This document shows, in pieces, positions 36,601 to 51,600 of a DNA stretch of 64,000 nucleotides. Below the pieces are notes generated by a model. The model saw nothing but the letters and a program-made list of their open reading frames with translations, made no database searches and was not told the DNA's origin. The position numbers and the translations under genes are program-made. Every line of letters starts with the position of its first letter. The stretch's first letter is position 1. Source of the stretch: Carcharhinus longimanus (lineage: Eukaryota); contig JASCQW010000027.1 of assembly GCA_030264375.1 (NCBI GenBank), forward strand, positions 98,684,425-98,748,424, in the 5' to 3' direction.

Positions 36601-39600
36601 TGTTTGAAATTCAGTTTATTGATCTGCAAAATCTTATCTTTCTGAAATTTTGTCATTGGCCCCTTGAGTGAGCATAATATTCAAATGCAACCCCCCGATT
36701 GAAGAGGTCGGACAAACCTGCCTTAGGCTTTAATTTTGTTAGCAAGTCTATTATTCTGTATCCGTTATATTCTTTCCCATTCACACCATTCATTCACTTT
36801 AAAAAAAAGATTGTTTACGTGGTTCCATGTTTTATTCATTAAATCAATCATCATAATCAGTTTCTGTAATTCTTATTGAAAACTTTGCCAATAAACAATC
36901 ATTCCAATGACTTAGTGGGAAAATCACTACATGATATGTTGTTGGAGCATCCAGATGACATCCTGGTCATTTTCCTTCTGCTTAGTAAGCTGATCCACAT
37001 TGCTATAACCAGAGATAGCCTCAGCAGCCCCAGGTTAGGAAGGGAACAAGTTAACCTCATCACTTTACTGCTGACTGCCTGGAACAGACACCATGTTGAA
37101 AACTCAGAGCGATCTTACCAAAAAAAAATGCCGAATGCATATGAAAACGGGAGAGAATCATGCCCATTTTCTAGTCGAGCTTTCAAATGATACTTTATGC
37201 CACTTAGTGTGAAAGAAGAGGCAAAATGTGATTCATGCCCGTAGGGGGAGTGGACAAAGTCTATTTCTGCCAGAAAGCTCACAACTAGAGGGCACTACTG
37301 TGCATGTGTCGATCTCTCAGTGTTCTATGTACAAATGTACATAGGACAGAGAGATAGGTCACTCCCCCCATCCCTCCAATCACTGGACTTTCTAGCTGAT
37401 TGCTGTCCTTATGCCCCCCTCCCCTAGTTGATTGCTACCCAGATATCACCTCCCTCTGGCTAACTGCCACCCCAAAGCCTAATCAGCCGATCATCGCCCC
37501 CTAACGATCCTGATTGCAGAATGCTCAGCTTCCCCAAATCTGCCTTCCCTTAGGCCCCACCCCATCAGGCTCTACGCTCTCCCCTCAGGCTCTGCCCTTT
37601 GGCACTGCCGAGTGCCTGGTGGGCAGTGCCAGGGTGTCCAGTGAGCACTACTATGCCGGCAATGTCAGGCTAGGACTGCCAAAAGGGGCACTGACCCTCT
37701 TGCCCCCAGCCACTGATGGGGCCTCAATGGCCTCTGATCCTGCTGGCAAGACCATCATGTCAAGTTTCCATTGATGGGGACCATACGTGATCCTCACCAG
37801 TGAGGATCTCCTTCAGCGAGTCCATTAAGGCGAGTGAGCCCGAACAATTGCATCTAGAACTCACTAATGATATTCAAATCAGCTTATAAATATTATATAA
37901 CCTTCCAGGGTGTGAGTCTGATTACACCAGCTTTACAATGCTGGTTTTTCGCCTCTCTCGTGTTCTTACTGGCTCGGCACGCCGATTGTTTGGTGGGACA
38001 AGCCAGTAAGATCACCCCCAGTGTTCCCAATGTTGAGGACAGGATGGGGTTTGGTCTGGTTCCGCCCCCCCCCCCCCACTACATTCCAGTACTTAACTAG
38101 TTGCTTTCATTTGCCTTTGGATAGCCTCTTGGAATCTGGAAGTCAGTTCCTGGAAGGTTTTCAAAGATTGTTCAGAGGAAAGGGTGGGGGAGGGAGAGCC
38201 TCTTAAAAAATCTCCACTCTTTAACCTATGCACCAACACTTTCCTCTCCCTCCCCCTGACACACTACCTGTAAATGAGAGTGAGTGAGTGGGGATTGGCC
38301 TGTGGCTTGTTGCCCAACATGCCTTGTTCCCCTCACAAGAGGATGAAATAAAGGCTGGTTTGGGGGTTCGATAGAGAAGAACACAAGAGGCCAGGACCAT
38401 CCACCCCCACAGGACGGAACTGGCAGAAAGAGGGGCATAAAATGGGGTGAGACTCGTGCCCATCACCCACCTCTCTCCCTATTTGTATTTTACCAGCAAT
38501 GAGGGTGAGGATAAAGGGGGTTGCGTGGGTGCTGTTGGTATTTTACCAGCAACGGGACAGGGGATTGCCCACACAACTCAGTGGCCTCGCTATGGGTTTG
38601 GTGGGGAGGCAGGTGGTCACACTTCCTAGTGGAGGGCTCCCCCCTCAGCAGAAAGGACTATCTATCCTCCGCTCCCTGCCCCCCACCCCCACCTCATCCA
38701 AATGCCCACACCTTCCTTGCATCCTGTACAGCCTCCCAATTGTAGCACCTTGCTGACTGTCCCTGGAGAAGTTGTCTCACTTCCATCACTTGTTGCAGAC
38801 TGACTGCAGCACCAACCATTGGATACCGCTTCTGGTGGTGGTGCCAGATCTGGAAAAGTGGGACATTTTCCCTCGGGGGGGTGAAAACCATGACTCAAAC
38901 AACTAATTGCCTGATGACGGTAAATTCTGTAGTGGCTTCCCGGGCAAGCAGGGATGAGCTCAGTCCCAACTTTACAGCTGATGATTTGGGCCACTGCCTC
39001 TGTGTAAAATCCTAGATTGACTTTGGTTGAATCAACATTTGTATATCACCTTCCGTTACTAACATAAAAACACATGTTTTGCATCTGTGTGAATTACCAC
39101 TCGTATGGAGTATGTTTAATGTTCATGTGTACATGCCAATCTAACCTTGGATATACATGATATTTCTTCATTACTTTCAATTTATCCTTCCTCCTTTTTT
39201 CTGATTTCATGCAGTAACTGGAAGAGATTTTGTTCTTTCTTTTTGCTGCAGTGAAAGCCAAATCCTGCCAATGACCCTTTATGTTCTAATGGTTTATGGA
39301 TTGGATGTCTGACTGATTTGTTATGACTCTAGCTGTTAAGATTCAATAATCCAATCAGCAAAGCAAAGAGAAGGGATAATGTTAATGACTGTCAGAGCGA
39401 ATGACTGAAGCTTTACATCATTTTAAAGATTGGAAAGTCACGTGCAGTTCAGATTGACAGGACGGTATTTTCTATCATTTTTGGAAGTGTTATTTTGATT
39501 GGCAATGTGTCTCTCTCTGAGGTTTCGGCACAATGTTCTCTTCCACCTGATATAGATGAATGAGGTCATCTGCTTTCCTCATTTGTGCTGTGGCTCTGGT

Positions 39601-42600
39601 CAATCACAGCTGTCCTCACCAAAATGCTGAGCTGTCTGCCATTGGATCCCCACTCCCTCACAGCAGATTAGATTCTTTTGGCTATCACCTTGTTACTCAG
39701 GCCAAGTTAAGTCAGTGATTTGAAACCTTTCTAATTCTGTTTGTTCTGCTCCTGTTTTATGGTGTTCAAAAATATCTGATACATAAGATCTTAATACTTG
39801 CCTGTGTAAAAATAAATTTAGTGATTCGATAGTTTGCCACATGCAACACAAAAAGGAAAATAGGCATTTAGTTTTTGCATTGTTGACATGGCCAAAGTTA
39901 GCTGGAAAAATAATGACAAGTTTAATGCGTGCACCACTACTCAAACTTGAAAAGCCCAGTAGTTTGTGACAAGGAAGGCATACTGCATAGGTTGTGGTTC
40001 ACTCAGGCTGCTGGATAAGTTACATGGATGAAAGTTCACCTTCAAGCTCCCAGTGGTGTCATTAATATAAATCACACTCCCTGCAAAATGATGTGGGTAT
40101 GCCGGCGTTGGACTGGCGTAAACACAGTAAAAAGTCTGACAACACCAGGTTTTAGTCCAANNNNNNNNNNNNNNNNNNNNNNNNNNNNNNNNNNNNNNNN
40201 NNNNNNNNNNNNNNNNNNNNNNNNNNNNNNNNNNNNNNNNNNNNNNNNNNNNNNNNNNNNGAAAGCTTGTGAGAATATTATCAAATAAATAGGTTGGACT
40301 AAAACCTGGTGTTGTCAGACTTTTTACTGTGTCCCTGCAAAATGGTAGTCCTGCTTCTTAATGATGACAGGACACTTTTAATGATGAGATTTAAAAAGTC
40401 TTGAGCTGAACAGTGAGGGAAAATATTCAATTCATGGGTCACAACATGAGATGCCCTCCACCAGCAAAACCTGCACCAATATTTTCATGTGGTATGATTT
40501 GCTTTAAAATGTTAAATATGTGGGCCCATCTGAACTCCAGGAAAGACACCCTGGAGAGGTACCCCAAAGCTGTGCTGGGGAATCCTTCCCTTGAAGTCCC
40601 CAGGTAAGAATTACAGTGACTGTCCAGGAAGTTGAGATGGTCATTGGACCATTGCCCTGTGATGGGAACCAAGTACGGAATAATGCCTTACAGGACCCAG
40701 AAAATGTTAGAAGAATTAAAAGCACTTCCAATCTGTGGAAAACTGGATTACTGACAGCCCACCCCTGGATTCCCCCCAACTACCCCATTTACCTTCCCAT
40801 CTCTTCCAACTTACTCCTAAGCCCCCATAGGACCCTCTGTCTAACTGCTCTCCCCACTCCTCTGGACGACTCACTAATGCCCCACTCACTTATCTCCCCT
40901 CGCTGCACACAAGACTCTCCTGTCATTGTCCATATATTTCATCCTCCCTTGAAATCTCCTGACCATCTGATCCCCCCCCAATGATCACTTGGCCCCTACA
41001 CCCCCTCACTGATCACCTGAACTTCACCCCCCCCCCACTGACCACCTGACCACCCCAACTAACCAAACCTCCCCAGGCAGCCTAACCAATCTGGTTTGAG
41101 TCAGAAGGTTGGTGCCAAAGGCTTGGCTGGATTTCAGGGTAAAAAGACACTGTGCAGAATGGCAGATTATCACTCTGTGGAGGTTACAAGCCTTGTTCTT
41201 TTCCTTAAAAATTAAGTTCTGCTTTATAATGTTAAAGGGCAATTGGGTATGTCATTGTTTAAGCTCAGTAATATCTTTATCCCTCCCAACTGTTACACTA
41301 GACGTCCTGTGAATAAACTATGCCTTCATCATCTGGAATACCTTGCGAACAATGACAGTATATTGCAGTAAGAATGGACACTGAAAGTTATGTAGGATTT
41401 CAACTTGTCATCTAAGGTTTTGGACATCACACTTCAATTCAGCCTGTAACTAGCTAAAATCATAAAAACAGAAGATTGGAAACTAGGCAGCACTATAAGC
41501 AAATGACAGCTTCCACAGCAGAAGTTGCTTGCCTTAGTTTAAGACTTAATTATTACCAATTGTTAAGCATAAAAAGTTGTCCCTATGAGGAAACACTGTC
41601 TTGGAAACAATGCTTTTTGTAGTTTGTGCGTGGATGACTACCCTGTGTTTTTTCATTGCTAGAGGGCATCAGGTACTTGTTTCTGTCCATTTCCACAAGT
41701 CTATTCCACATTTTATAGAACATGGTCAGTCTATTTACCTCCCTCCATTGCTGAGGTCAGACTCGTAACAGAATTGTCCAAAGATACCCATCAAGAATGA
41801 CCATTGGGGTGATTTGTGCTTTTAAACAGGAACCCCTCATGTATGAGTAGAAAATGGAAGCGAAGGAGATGAAGAACACCCAAACAAAGCAACCTGCCAA
41901 TGATTGTTTATTATCTAGAATTTGCTAGGAAAAAAATGGCAAGTTTATTGTGCAACCAGATAAATCCAGTAATTTGAGGCAGGCAAGAGATACCCATGTG
42001 AGTTTTGATTGGCTGAGTAATTTGTACTACTCTAATATAAAACTGCAAAACTAGCCAGCCATTAACCACCCCACAAATGTTAAAAAAATTGCTGGACTTA
42101 TGATATAAAAATGAATTAAATTTGCCACAAAAATTTCGGGGGGTTATTTCTTGATGCAATGGCCTTGTTAATGGATAAGTAACGTTTCTAGCAGCACCTC
42201 CAGTCTGGAAGGTGAACAATGAAACTGTGGTGTCTCATTTTTGCTTCTACTAAATTGTTGCTTGAGGTTTTATAAACTTTCTATTTTAACATTTTCTTGC
42301 CTTCTTCTTTCTGTCTTTGTTGTTCTTTCCCTCTTTTCCTTCTCTTCTATTTATTTCTCTATCTGTATCTAATTTGACTCTAATTCACAATATTTATTTT
42401 GTTTGGTTTCAGTTCTTATCCTTAAATATTATTAATTTAGGAGATTGATCATTGGTTCCATTGTTGACTGAGATCCCAGATACCCAGTTGCCCTCAACTT
42501 GCAAGATATAAATTTGCATTTTGAGCGCAACAGCCAAAGTTGAAGAGCAAGGAAAATGATCCAGCTCACAATGTAGACTGTGAAATACTCAATCCAGCAA

Positions 42601-45600
42601 ATTCTGTTAATTCCAGTCATCCACTGGAGAACATTTGGTCAGCAAATGCTCAGGCTGCTGTTCCACCATCTGGTGGTGAACACTGGGATCAACTCAGACA
42701 CTTGCCTGGCCAAGAAAGTAATTCATCTTGAAATCGCATATGTTGAATGATATGGATGATTCTGAGTACATATTGCACAGTAACATGATCCTATTCAAAT
42801 TACTGTACAGTAGACTAGTCATTAAGGTTTTACTAATACTCCCTTAGAATTCTTAAGCTTGGAATTTCACTGATTATACAGCACAAATTTGTACTTCACT
42901 AATTGACTGCAGAATTAAGGGGGTCAAAATTGCCTAGCTTTTCTGGTGACCTCCCATTGTAGGTTTGGTGGAATTGCCACAAACTCAATAGGATTCTGGC
43001 CTTAAAGTATGTTTTTTGGATAACCTTGTGGGGGCTGAACCTCTACCCATTGCTGAGAAGCCATTGATGAGGAATAAGGGGGAAATCCAGGAGGGTCTTT
43101 GTAGGTCATGTGCTCCCCATTGTTCTAACTCGAACTCTATAGCATCAGCATATGTAAGTTTGGTCTCACTAGATACGTACCCTAAATCTGTCCCTCAGCC
43201 ACATTCTCCCACCATTTACAGGGTCTTTAAAAGGCAAGTATTGCAGAAATGCCCACAAACCACCAATGGCACATTACTGGAGGTTCCCCCTGAATAGGGG
43301 AACTTAAGTATAGACTGTGAAACACTTACATGGTGGAACTGCAGAATTGCATCCCTCCATGGATTATCTGAACCTATATCCATATCAGTCTCAGCTGGTA
43401 TATATAGAGTGCTTTTCTGACGTTTTATTTGTTGGAGTTGTGAAGTGTGATTAGTAATTTGCGCTTCAGTGTCTATTGCTGTGAAAGTCTTCCTGTTGTG
43501 TTATAGCTCAAATACAATTTTAGTCATTTGTTATATTTCCTTTTCTCGCCCTGGGATCGGTCTTCTGTTCTCACTGGAAACTGGATCGCAGGGTGGGATT
43601 CCAGGCTGTAATCCTCTTCTCTAAATGCCACTTTAAATAGTTATCACTTCTCAGAATTTTCTAAGTTATTTTGATACTGGTTTTAAAAGAGCAGTGGCTT
43701 AATGAAAATGAATAAAGTGGATTAATGTCTATGGAGGTAGAGGTCAGGAAAAGCCATGAATAATTTTTAATTGTGTTGAAGCCACACTCAACTAGTGTCA
43801 TTTAAATAATCTGATGTATTAGTAAATAAGTGATGAATTATTCACTAAACACATAATAACACTTCTTAAAAAATACAATATTGCTCTTTTCTTTGAATGA
43901 TTCTGGATGATGACTTGATTTCGATAAAACTTGGTAGCACCGCGCGTGTTGGATTACATTTTTTTTCCTTTTTACTCCTGAAGACCCTGGTTCTTGGTAG
44001 CTTATACCTCCATGGGTGTTTGCACTGAATGAGCATGTATGAACTTAAAACTGAGCAGTAGGCTTTTGACTGGGTAAACCACTATAAGCATGGCCCAATT
44101 CTGATAACCATGTACACTGCACAGTGAGCCGGAAGCATGGGTGACAAATTGCTGTGTGCTGTATCCGGCTTCACTGAGGACAGTTGCTTGGCTGTGCTTA
44201 TACCCACCACCTTGGGTCCCTTTCTAAGACTTACGTGCAGGTCAGCTGGTCTCGACTTTTAACTGGGATTGCCCCATCAGTGTCTATACCTGTATTCATA
44301 TACACCTTATTTCCAGTGAGCCATCCTTTGGGGTTAAACTGTAAGCACGCTACCCACATCATATTGGCTTTCTGGCCATAGGAATTTCCCTATCCCTATT
44401 TGACAATTCTCTCCTTTGTTCAGGCTTAAAAGAAACCATTGTAGCAGGCCAGATGTCTTCCTGATTGGGGTCAATTAATCTGAGCACAGTCTCCTAAAAC
44501 AAATATCAATGGACTTTGAGAGACACAACCAGAGCATTAAAAGTAATCAGCCTGTTAAATGGATAAAGAGGGAGGGGCTCAGTGTTATTATCATCCCTCA
44601 TCATCCTCAACATGGAATTCAGTAAACAGTTAAAATAATTCTAAAATTAAACTACTAAATAGTTTTAAAACAGTTGCAGTAGACAAATTGTCTTTGGGCT
44701 TTAAAAGAAATAACAATTTTCTCTCTCATACTTCCAGAATAATGGAATGACATTGGTAATTTTCCTATTCAAACTGGATGGTTCCCAGGGAATCCTGGTT
44801 GAATATTGACATCAATGTGGAGAATCCCTGCAAATGAAGACACTTAAAATTGTAGCTCAGGATCCTGACGATAAATTTCTTCTTGCATGTGTTCTGCTTT
44901 CCAGCTCATAAGAGCAGATTAAGATCAAACATAGAAGGAAAGTTATAGGGTCAGTGGAATAAGTGAATTCTCCTATTTGAACTGACCCTCTTCTAGCCTG
45001 CTTTCTGAGTAAATAGTTAAAATCTGGCCATTTTTTTCTTGCCCTCTTTTCCGCTAAATTTTTTTAAACAGAAAATGCATAAATCTTGGGTTGCAAATTT
45101 GAAGTAATCTAAAACTTTGCTATCCATGCCTTAATTCACACCAAGTCCCATTCCTCTCTTGCCCCTGTGCTCACTGACCTACATTTGATCCCAGTCAAGC
45201 AATGATTGTTTTTAAAATTCTTATCACTCTTTCCTTTTCTCTGTAATATCTCGTAGCCCCAAAACTTCCTGGCATATCTGTGTTCGCCTGATTTTAGTTT
45301 TCAGCACCCCAATTTTAACTGCCCTACCATTTCTGGTCATGTTTGTCCAGGAATTTTTAGGAATTCTATGCAAAGACCCCTCCTCCTCTCTCCCCTACTT
45401 CCATAAAACCCATCCCTGGCCAAGATTTTGGTTATCTGACCTAATATTCCCATGTATGACTTAATGTGATGATTTATTTTAAAATGCTCCATTGGAGGAC
45501 ATTTTATCATATTAAAACACGTGCTATACAAATTGTTGTTAATGAGGATGTTGCGGTTGGTGTGATGCTATTAAGATCCACTTTTTTTTTGTTCTCAGAT

Positions 45601-48600
45601 GCACCACCAATGACACTGCTCAGTACACTGCCTTGGCTTTTAACATCCATGGAGAGGCAGCAAGCAATGCAACTGTCATTGTCAAACGTGAGTCTCAGAA
45701 TAAATATTGTTTTGATCAATTTTCAAATTGTGGGACATACATTGCAAAGGAGGGTGCATGATTTAACCAATAAATCACTCAAATTACCATCTCCTTTCAG
45801 GATTCCGGGGAGATGACGAGCCTTACCACTCTGTCTTGCTTCCTCTTAACTGTAAGTAAATGTCAGTAAAAGCTATCAATTTCATTCACCGTGATTAAAT
45901 GTCATTTGTTGTTTGAATAATCACTCGCTCTGAGAGCCATGCAGCGTGAAATCTTCACCACTATATTTTTTGTGCAGTCTCCTTTCATCTGTATAGTTTT
46001 GTTCTCCTTATCTAAGAATATATTTGCCATAAAGGGAACACAGCAAAGATTCATCAGACTGGGATGGCAGGGTCGTCGTATGAAGAGAGATTGGGTCAAC
46101 TAGGCCTGTGTTCACTGGAATTTAGAAGAATGGGAAGAGATCTAATGAAACGTATAAAATTCTGCTGACCAGACTAGATGCAGGGATGTTGGCTGGTGTG
46201 GGGATCTCAAACAATGGGTCACAGTCTCAGGATACGGGGTACGGGGTAGGCTACTTAGAACTAAGATGAAGAGAAACGTCTTCACTCAGTGGGGCTGAAC
46301 CTGTGGAATTCTCTACCACAGAAGGCCGCGGAGACCAAGTCACTGAATATGTTTATGAAGGAAATAGTTAGATTTCTAGAGGTATGGGGAGAGCACAGGA
46401 ATATGGTGTTGAGATAGAGGATCAGCCATGATCATATTGAAAGGTATAGCAGGCTCAAAGTGCTGAAAGGCCTTCTGTTTCCTGAAGATGTGATCCATGC
46501 AAAGATATGATTCTATAGGAATTAGTCATCCTTCAGTACTCGTCCAAATACTCCTCCTCCATGTAAGCCTTAATGGTGGAGTGCCACTGTATTTTAAAAT
46601 ATGGTCCATGTACCTGTTGACAAGATAGAGATCCAGAGGAATAAGGCAACAAGTGGAGTTTGATCCTGGACTCACCCAACACCTTGGTGTTAATGGATAG
46701 AATTCAGGAGTGAGATTTTTACTGTAGAAAAACTGAAGCTGATGGTACAGTGTCTATCACTGCCCCAACTGAGATGAGCTAATCTAGCACAAATAGGGAT
46801 GGAACTTGAGATCCTTCTGACCTACTGGTCCAGATTCATATGGTCGCTGTTTATATTCACTAATCTGTCAAAGCACAGCCTTTATCCCTGATTCTGGGCA
46901 CATTTAAACTTACTACAATTTCCTTTGGCACCCGTTACTTGTTATTGAGGCCCAATTGGACTTGCCACATCTCTTGTCGTTCTTTGTGAATGTCATTAGA
47001 CGAGGGAAATGGATTTAGCACTGTAAGCATAGAAAGGGGGGGGAGAAAGAATCCCAATCGCAGTCTGAAGGGAGGAAACAATTTAAGGGGTAGTGTCAAC
47101 CAATGGTGCTCAGGAAATATTTGAGTATTGAGAAAAGAAGAAGAAAAGTCAATGCATTAGGTAAAAGACCCTGCACCTGAACTGAGAAATGGAAGACAAT
47201 GTTTATAGGATGGAGCAAAACAAAGAGGGAAGAGTGATCAATAAGGAAAGAGGCTCCTCTCTTCTCTTTGACTTAGTCTGTTCTACAACTTCAACAACAC
47301 CAAGTTATGCCTCAGGCAGGACCAACTCACACTAAAGACAAACATCATTGACATAAGTCAACATTGATGGGTTTTTTTTTCATTGTCCTGTCCTCTCTAA
47401 TAATTTTGTGAAGACAGAGTAAATAGGAAAAAGCTGAAATTCCATAATCTCATTGTAATCATTAATGTTATAATTCTTGGCTGAGGGCATGAGAATTACC
47501 ATTATATATTTTTCTAACATTTAGTAATTTGGAGTTTTACCATTTGTCCCTCCTTTAAAAAACAGTCAGAAAGAATAATGACTGCTGAATTTTCTTCCAT
47601 TTATTTCTGTTACTTCAATTAGTAAACGAATGTTTCAACTGTCAGCAATCAAGGATTTGAAAGAGACAAGTTAACTTCAGTAGAAATACACGCTGCTTTT
47701 AGAAATTCTGTAGTTTTAAATGTGCATGTTAAGTGAGCACTCTCACACTTGGGGAATGTGGAGACTTGAGTTTTGCATTTTAGTTCCCGAGAGTAGAATG
47801 GGATATTTCCCTGCCTGGCTATCTTCATCTAATAACTAAATCATTTGACGGTTTCCGATAGGCACATGGGGGATTAACTGGGAACACCAAGATTGGGGAT
47901 CCGCCCACTCTCGCGCCCACTCAACCTCAAATTTGGTATTTTTTATTCCTTTGTTTTCGATTCTGTCTTCTCTCCTACATTTTCCAACTACAGCCCTTTG
48001 ACCCTCAAGAAAAATAATGTTACTCATACGAGAGAAAGTGTTGCAGAAATATAAAATATGTAACTCGATTCTGACATTGAAAAGTAATGTACGCAGAAAG
48101 GCTGCTGAATAAATATAGTTGTCCAATACTGTACTGGCTAGGGAATCTTTTAAAGTGCAAATCTCATTAGATATGGATAGGAACTGTTTCTATGTGCTAA
48201 CATGTCTTGTGTTCTTTTCTCCCACAGTACCTCTGTTGTCACCCCCTATTTTCACACACATAGATATTCAATATAGTGAGAAATTTGGTGTGAGTTTTGG
48301 CACTGAGGGAGAGACATTGATACTGACTTGCCGGATGATCCTTACACCAAACCTCAACCGTCTTCAGCCAGAAGCTGTGTGGTACAGAGATGGTCAGTAA
48401 TTGTGTCCAAGTTTTCTATCTGTTTGTGATATTTGTGATACTGTGCATCTGTTAAAGTAAGCTAGTGGTACCAAAGGAGAGGCTGTTTTTGTATCTCTGT
48501 GGTTGCAGATTCTTGTCCCCGCAGAGCTTTACATTCCAAGCTTCCTGCTTTTAGGTTTCCAGCCAGGTCAGAGCCAGCCTGAGGAAATTTAATGCCTTGT

Positions 48601-51600
48601 GTCATGAGGTTGTAAGTACTTTTAAGGACACTAAATTGAGTGCCGCATGTCCAGCATGAGAGCAATGACTGGACTTCACAAGTGTTCCATTGGCTTTGGG
48701 ATATTCTGAGGTTGTGAAAGGTGCTATATAAAGAAATATGAAGTTGAAACCTTTCTTTGTTCTTACAAAAAAATCTCTTCATTTATAAGGCCTTCACTGT
48801 AATCACAGAATGATTGAATGATACGGCATTCTAAATCTATTTGGCTCATTGTGTCAAGGTGTTTGTGGTTATTGGAATTCAGTCATTGCTGTCCCAGCAC
48901 AGCGCTGCAGGATTTCCTCAGATAGTATTCTAGGGGGCACTGCCAAAGATGCGCATGTAGGGGGCATATGTAAGGGGAGGGGGAGTCAGTTACTCCCCTT
49001 CATTGGTGGGCTTCTCTTTCTGTGAATGGAGGTTGGGGTGTATCCCTTTGTCTGCTGGGGGTAGTGTACCCTGATAACCGTGGTTTGGGGGGTGGGGGGA
49101 GTGAGGTGGGGTAAAGGGCATTGTGTGGTCCTGATGTCTATTTAGGGGGTGGCCTTAAATTTAACTTTGAGATCAGGGCACCCTTTTTAAAAGCCACCTC
49201 CAAACAATACGTGTCACTTAAACTAAAAGCCATAGTTGTATCATAAGCTCCATGTGAACAGCCAACCTCAGTTTCCAGCTTGCGGATGTCGACCGATATC
49301 ATGGACCGGGTACAAATAGTCCACCCACTGAAGTATTCTGTGTATATGAAGAGGGAACCTAACCATCTCCCCTTCATATTCAATGCAATTGCCAAATCCC
49401 CCACAATCAACATTTTCAGGGGTTAACATTGACCAAAAAGTTAACTGGATGAGTCCTGTAAATACTGCGGCCACAAGAGATAGACAAAAGGCTGGGAATT
49501 CTGCTGTAAGTAAGTCTGACTTCCCAAAACCTGTCCGCCAACTAAAAGTTAGAAACATGATGGAACATTGTCCAATTACAACAATTATCACGAACGATTT
49601 TGATCTACATATAGACTGGAAAAATCTCAGGGTAAAGGTGGTATAGATGACATATTCATAGAATGTTTTCAGGATAATCTTTTAGAACAGCACATACTTG
49701 GGTCATTCAGCCTGTACTATACCTGGTATTGTGCAACGAAATAGGATTAATAAATAACCTCATAGTGAAGGCAATTGTAGGTAGCAGTGATCATAATTTG
49801 ACTGAATTTTACATTCAGTTTGAGGGAGCGAAGAGTGTATCTAAAAGTATTTTGAACTTAAATAAGGACAGTTATGAGGGTATAAAAGCAGGGCTAGCAA
49901 AAGTGAACAGGAAAATTAGATGATAGGATAGGTTTATAGAGATGTAGTGACAGACATTTAAGGGGATATTACAGGACACACAGAATTGATATATCCCAAG
50001 AAAAAGGATTCCAACAGGCGGTTATGCAGAACATTAGTGGAACCACATCTAGACCACCATGTACAGTACTGATCTTACTTAAGAAAGATGTAAATATGTT
50101 GGAATCAAAGGTTTACCAGACTGAACGGGCAGGTTGTTTTATGAGGAAAGGCTGGACAGGGTAGGTTTGTATCTACTGGAATTTAGAAGTGTGAAAGGTG
50201 TCTTGATTTTAACAGATAAGATCCTGACATCTTGACAGGGTGGATGTAGGAAGGGTGTTTCCTCTTGTGGGAGAATCTAAAACTAAGGGTCACTTCAAAA
50301 AGAAGTCATCACACATTTAAGACAGAAATGAGGAAAAAGCTTTTCTCTCAGAGGGTTGTGAGACTTTGGAATGCTCTTCTTCAAACCCTGGTTGACGTAT
50401 AGTCTCTGAATATCTTTAAGGCAGAGGTAGACAGATTCTTGGGAAGCAATGGTCTTAAAGATGATCAGGGATAGGCAGGAATGTGGAGTTGAGATTAAAA
50501 ACAAAGAATAAAAAAAATTGCAGCATTGGAACAGGCCCTTTGGCCCTCCATGCTGCCCAACTGAACTAAAACCCCCTACTCTTCTGGGGATGACATCCCT
50601 CTCTTCCCATCCTATTCATGTATTTGTCAAGATGCCTCTTAAAAATCACTGTTGTATCTGCTTCCACTACCTCTCCTGAATGAGAGACCCAGGAATCCAC
50701 CACCTTCTGTGTAAAAAAACTTGCCTCGTACATCTCATTTAAAACTTGCCTCTCACAACTTAAACTTATGTCCCCAAATTACAATTAAGTCAACCATGAT
50801 CTTATTGAATGGTGCTGCAGGCTCAAGTGGACTAGTGGCCCACTTCTGTACCTAATTTACATGTTTGTATGTTTATATGATTGGATGAGTGCAGTTCTAA
50901 CCGCACACACGGAGCTCGACACCAAGCTAGAGAAAACAGGCTGCTTGATTGGCACGCTATCAACCACTTTAAATATTCACCTCCTCGACCCGCTGGTGCA
51001 TCGTGGCAACAGTGTGTGCCGTCCATTCACCAAAGCTCCTTTGAAAGCACCTCCAAACCTCTGAACTCTACCACCTGTAAGGACAAACGCAGCTGATGCG
51101 TGGGAACTTTATCACCTCCAAGTCATACACCATCCTGACGTGTAACAATATTAACATTCCTTCTCAGATTCAAAATGTTGCAACGAGATGAACTGCGATA
51201 CTACATCCTTTCCAAGTGGAAGTATGGGATTGAAATACTTGGTGGGGACTTGTGCATTAAACCAACCAGGTGTAAATTCTGGTGGTAAAAATCTTCATTT
51301 ATACTGCCTTCATAGAACAGAGTAAGTGGCTGTCTTTGTGTCTGGGCCCTGACATCTGCTGGTTAGATGCTGAATTGCTGCATCTTTTCAGTTGCTCACG
51401 TGGTGCTCAGGATTCGACTGTGTTTTACAGCTTAGGTGACATGTATTTTTTAACGTAAAGTTTCTTCTGGAAATGTTTGAAAAATAATACTGATGATCAG
51501 ATTGTTTCTTTTTGATTTCTGTGTTGAGCCGCTGCCTGCAGGATAATCACAAACCAGACTTAAAGATCATGCTTTTGATCTAGCTGAAAATGGCAAACAT

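Larger units (their letters stand above)
49355..51290 (+). mobile_element. CR1/L2-superclade LINE (second family) split by a CR1 insertion
   Basis: GVNIDQKVNW..VNT.A..KVRNMMEHCP ends at about 49576. It resumes at about 50881 as WMSA..ELDTKLEKTGCLIG. Confidence 0.75.

Noticed and set aside
9510-40344. Recurrent short repeat GTTGGACTTTAACCTGGTGTTGT as a CRISPR-like array
   Set aside because: The copies are kilobases apart, in mixed orientation and with target duplications. This is eukaryotic retroelement debris and there are no cas genes.
50500-50775. Twin-priming inversion of the host CR1
   Set aside because: The inverted piece has its own 3' tail of a different subfamily and the host tail resumes after it, so it is an independent insertion.
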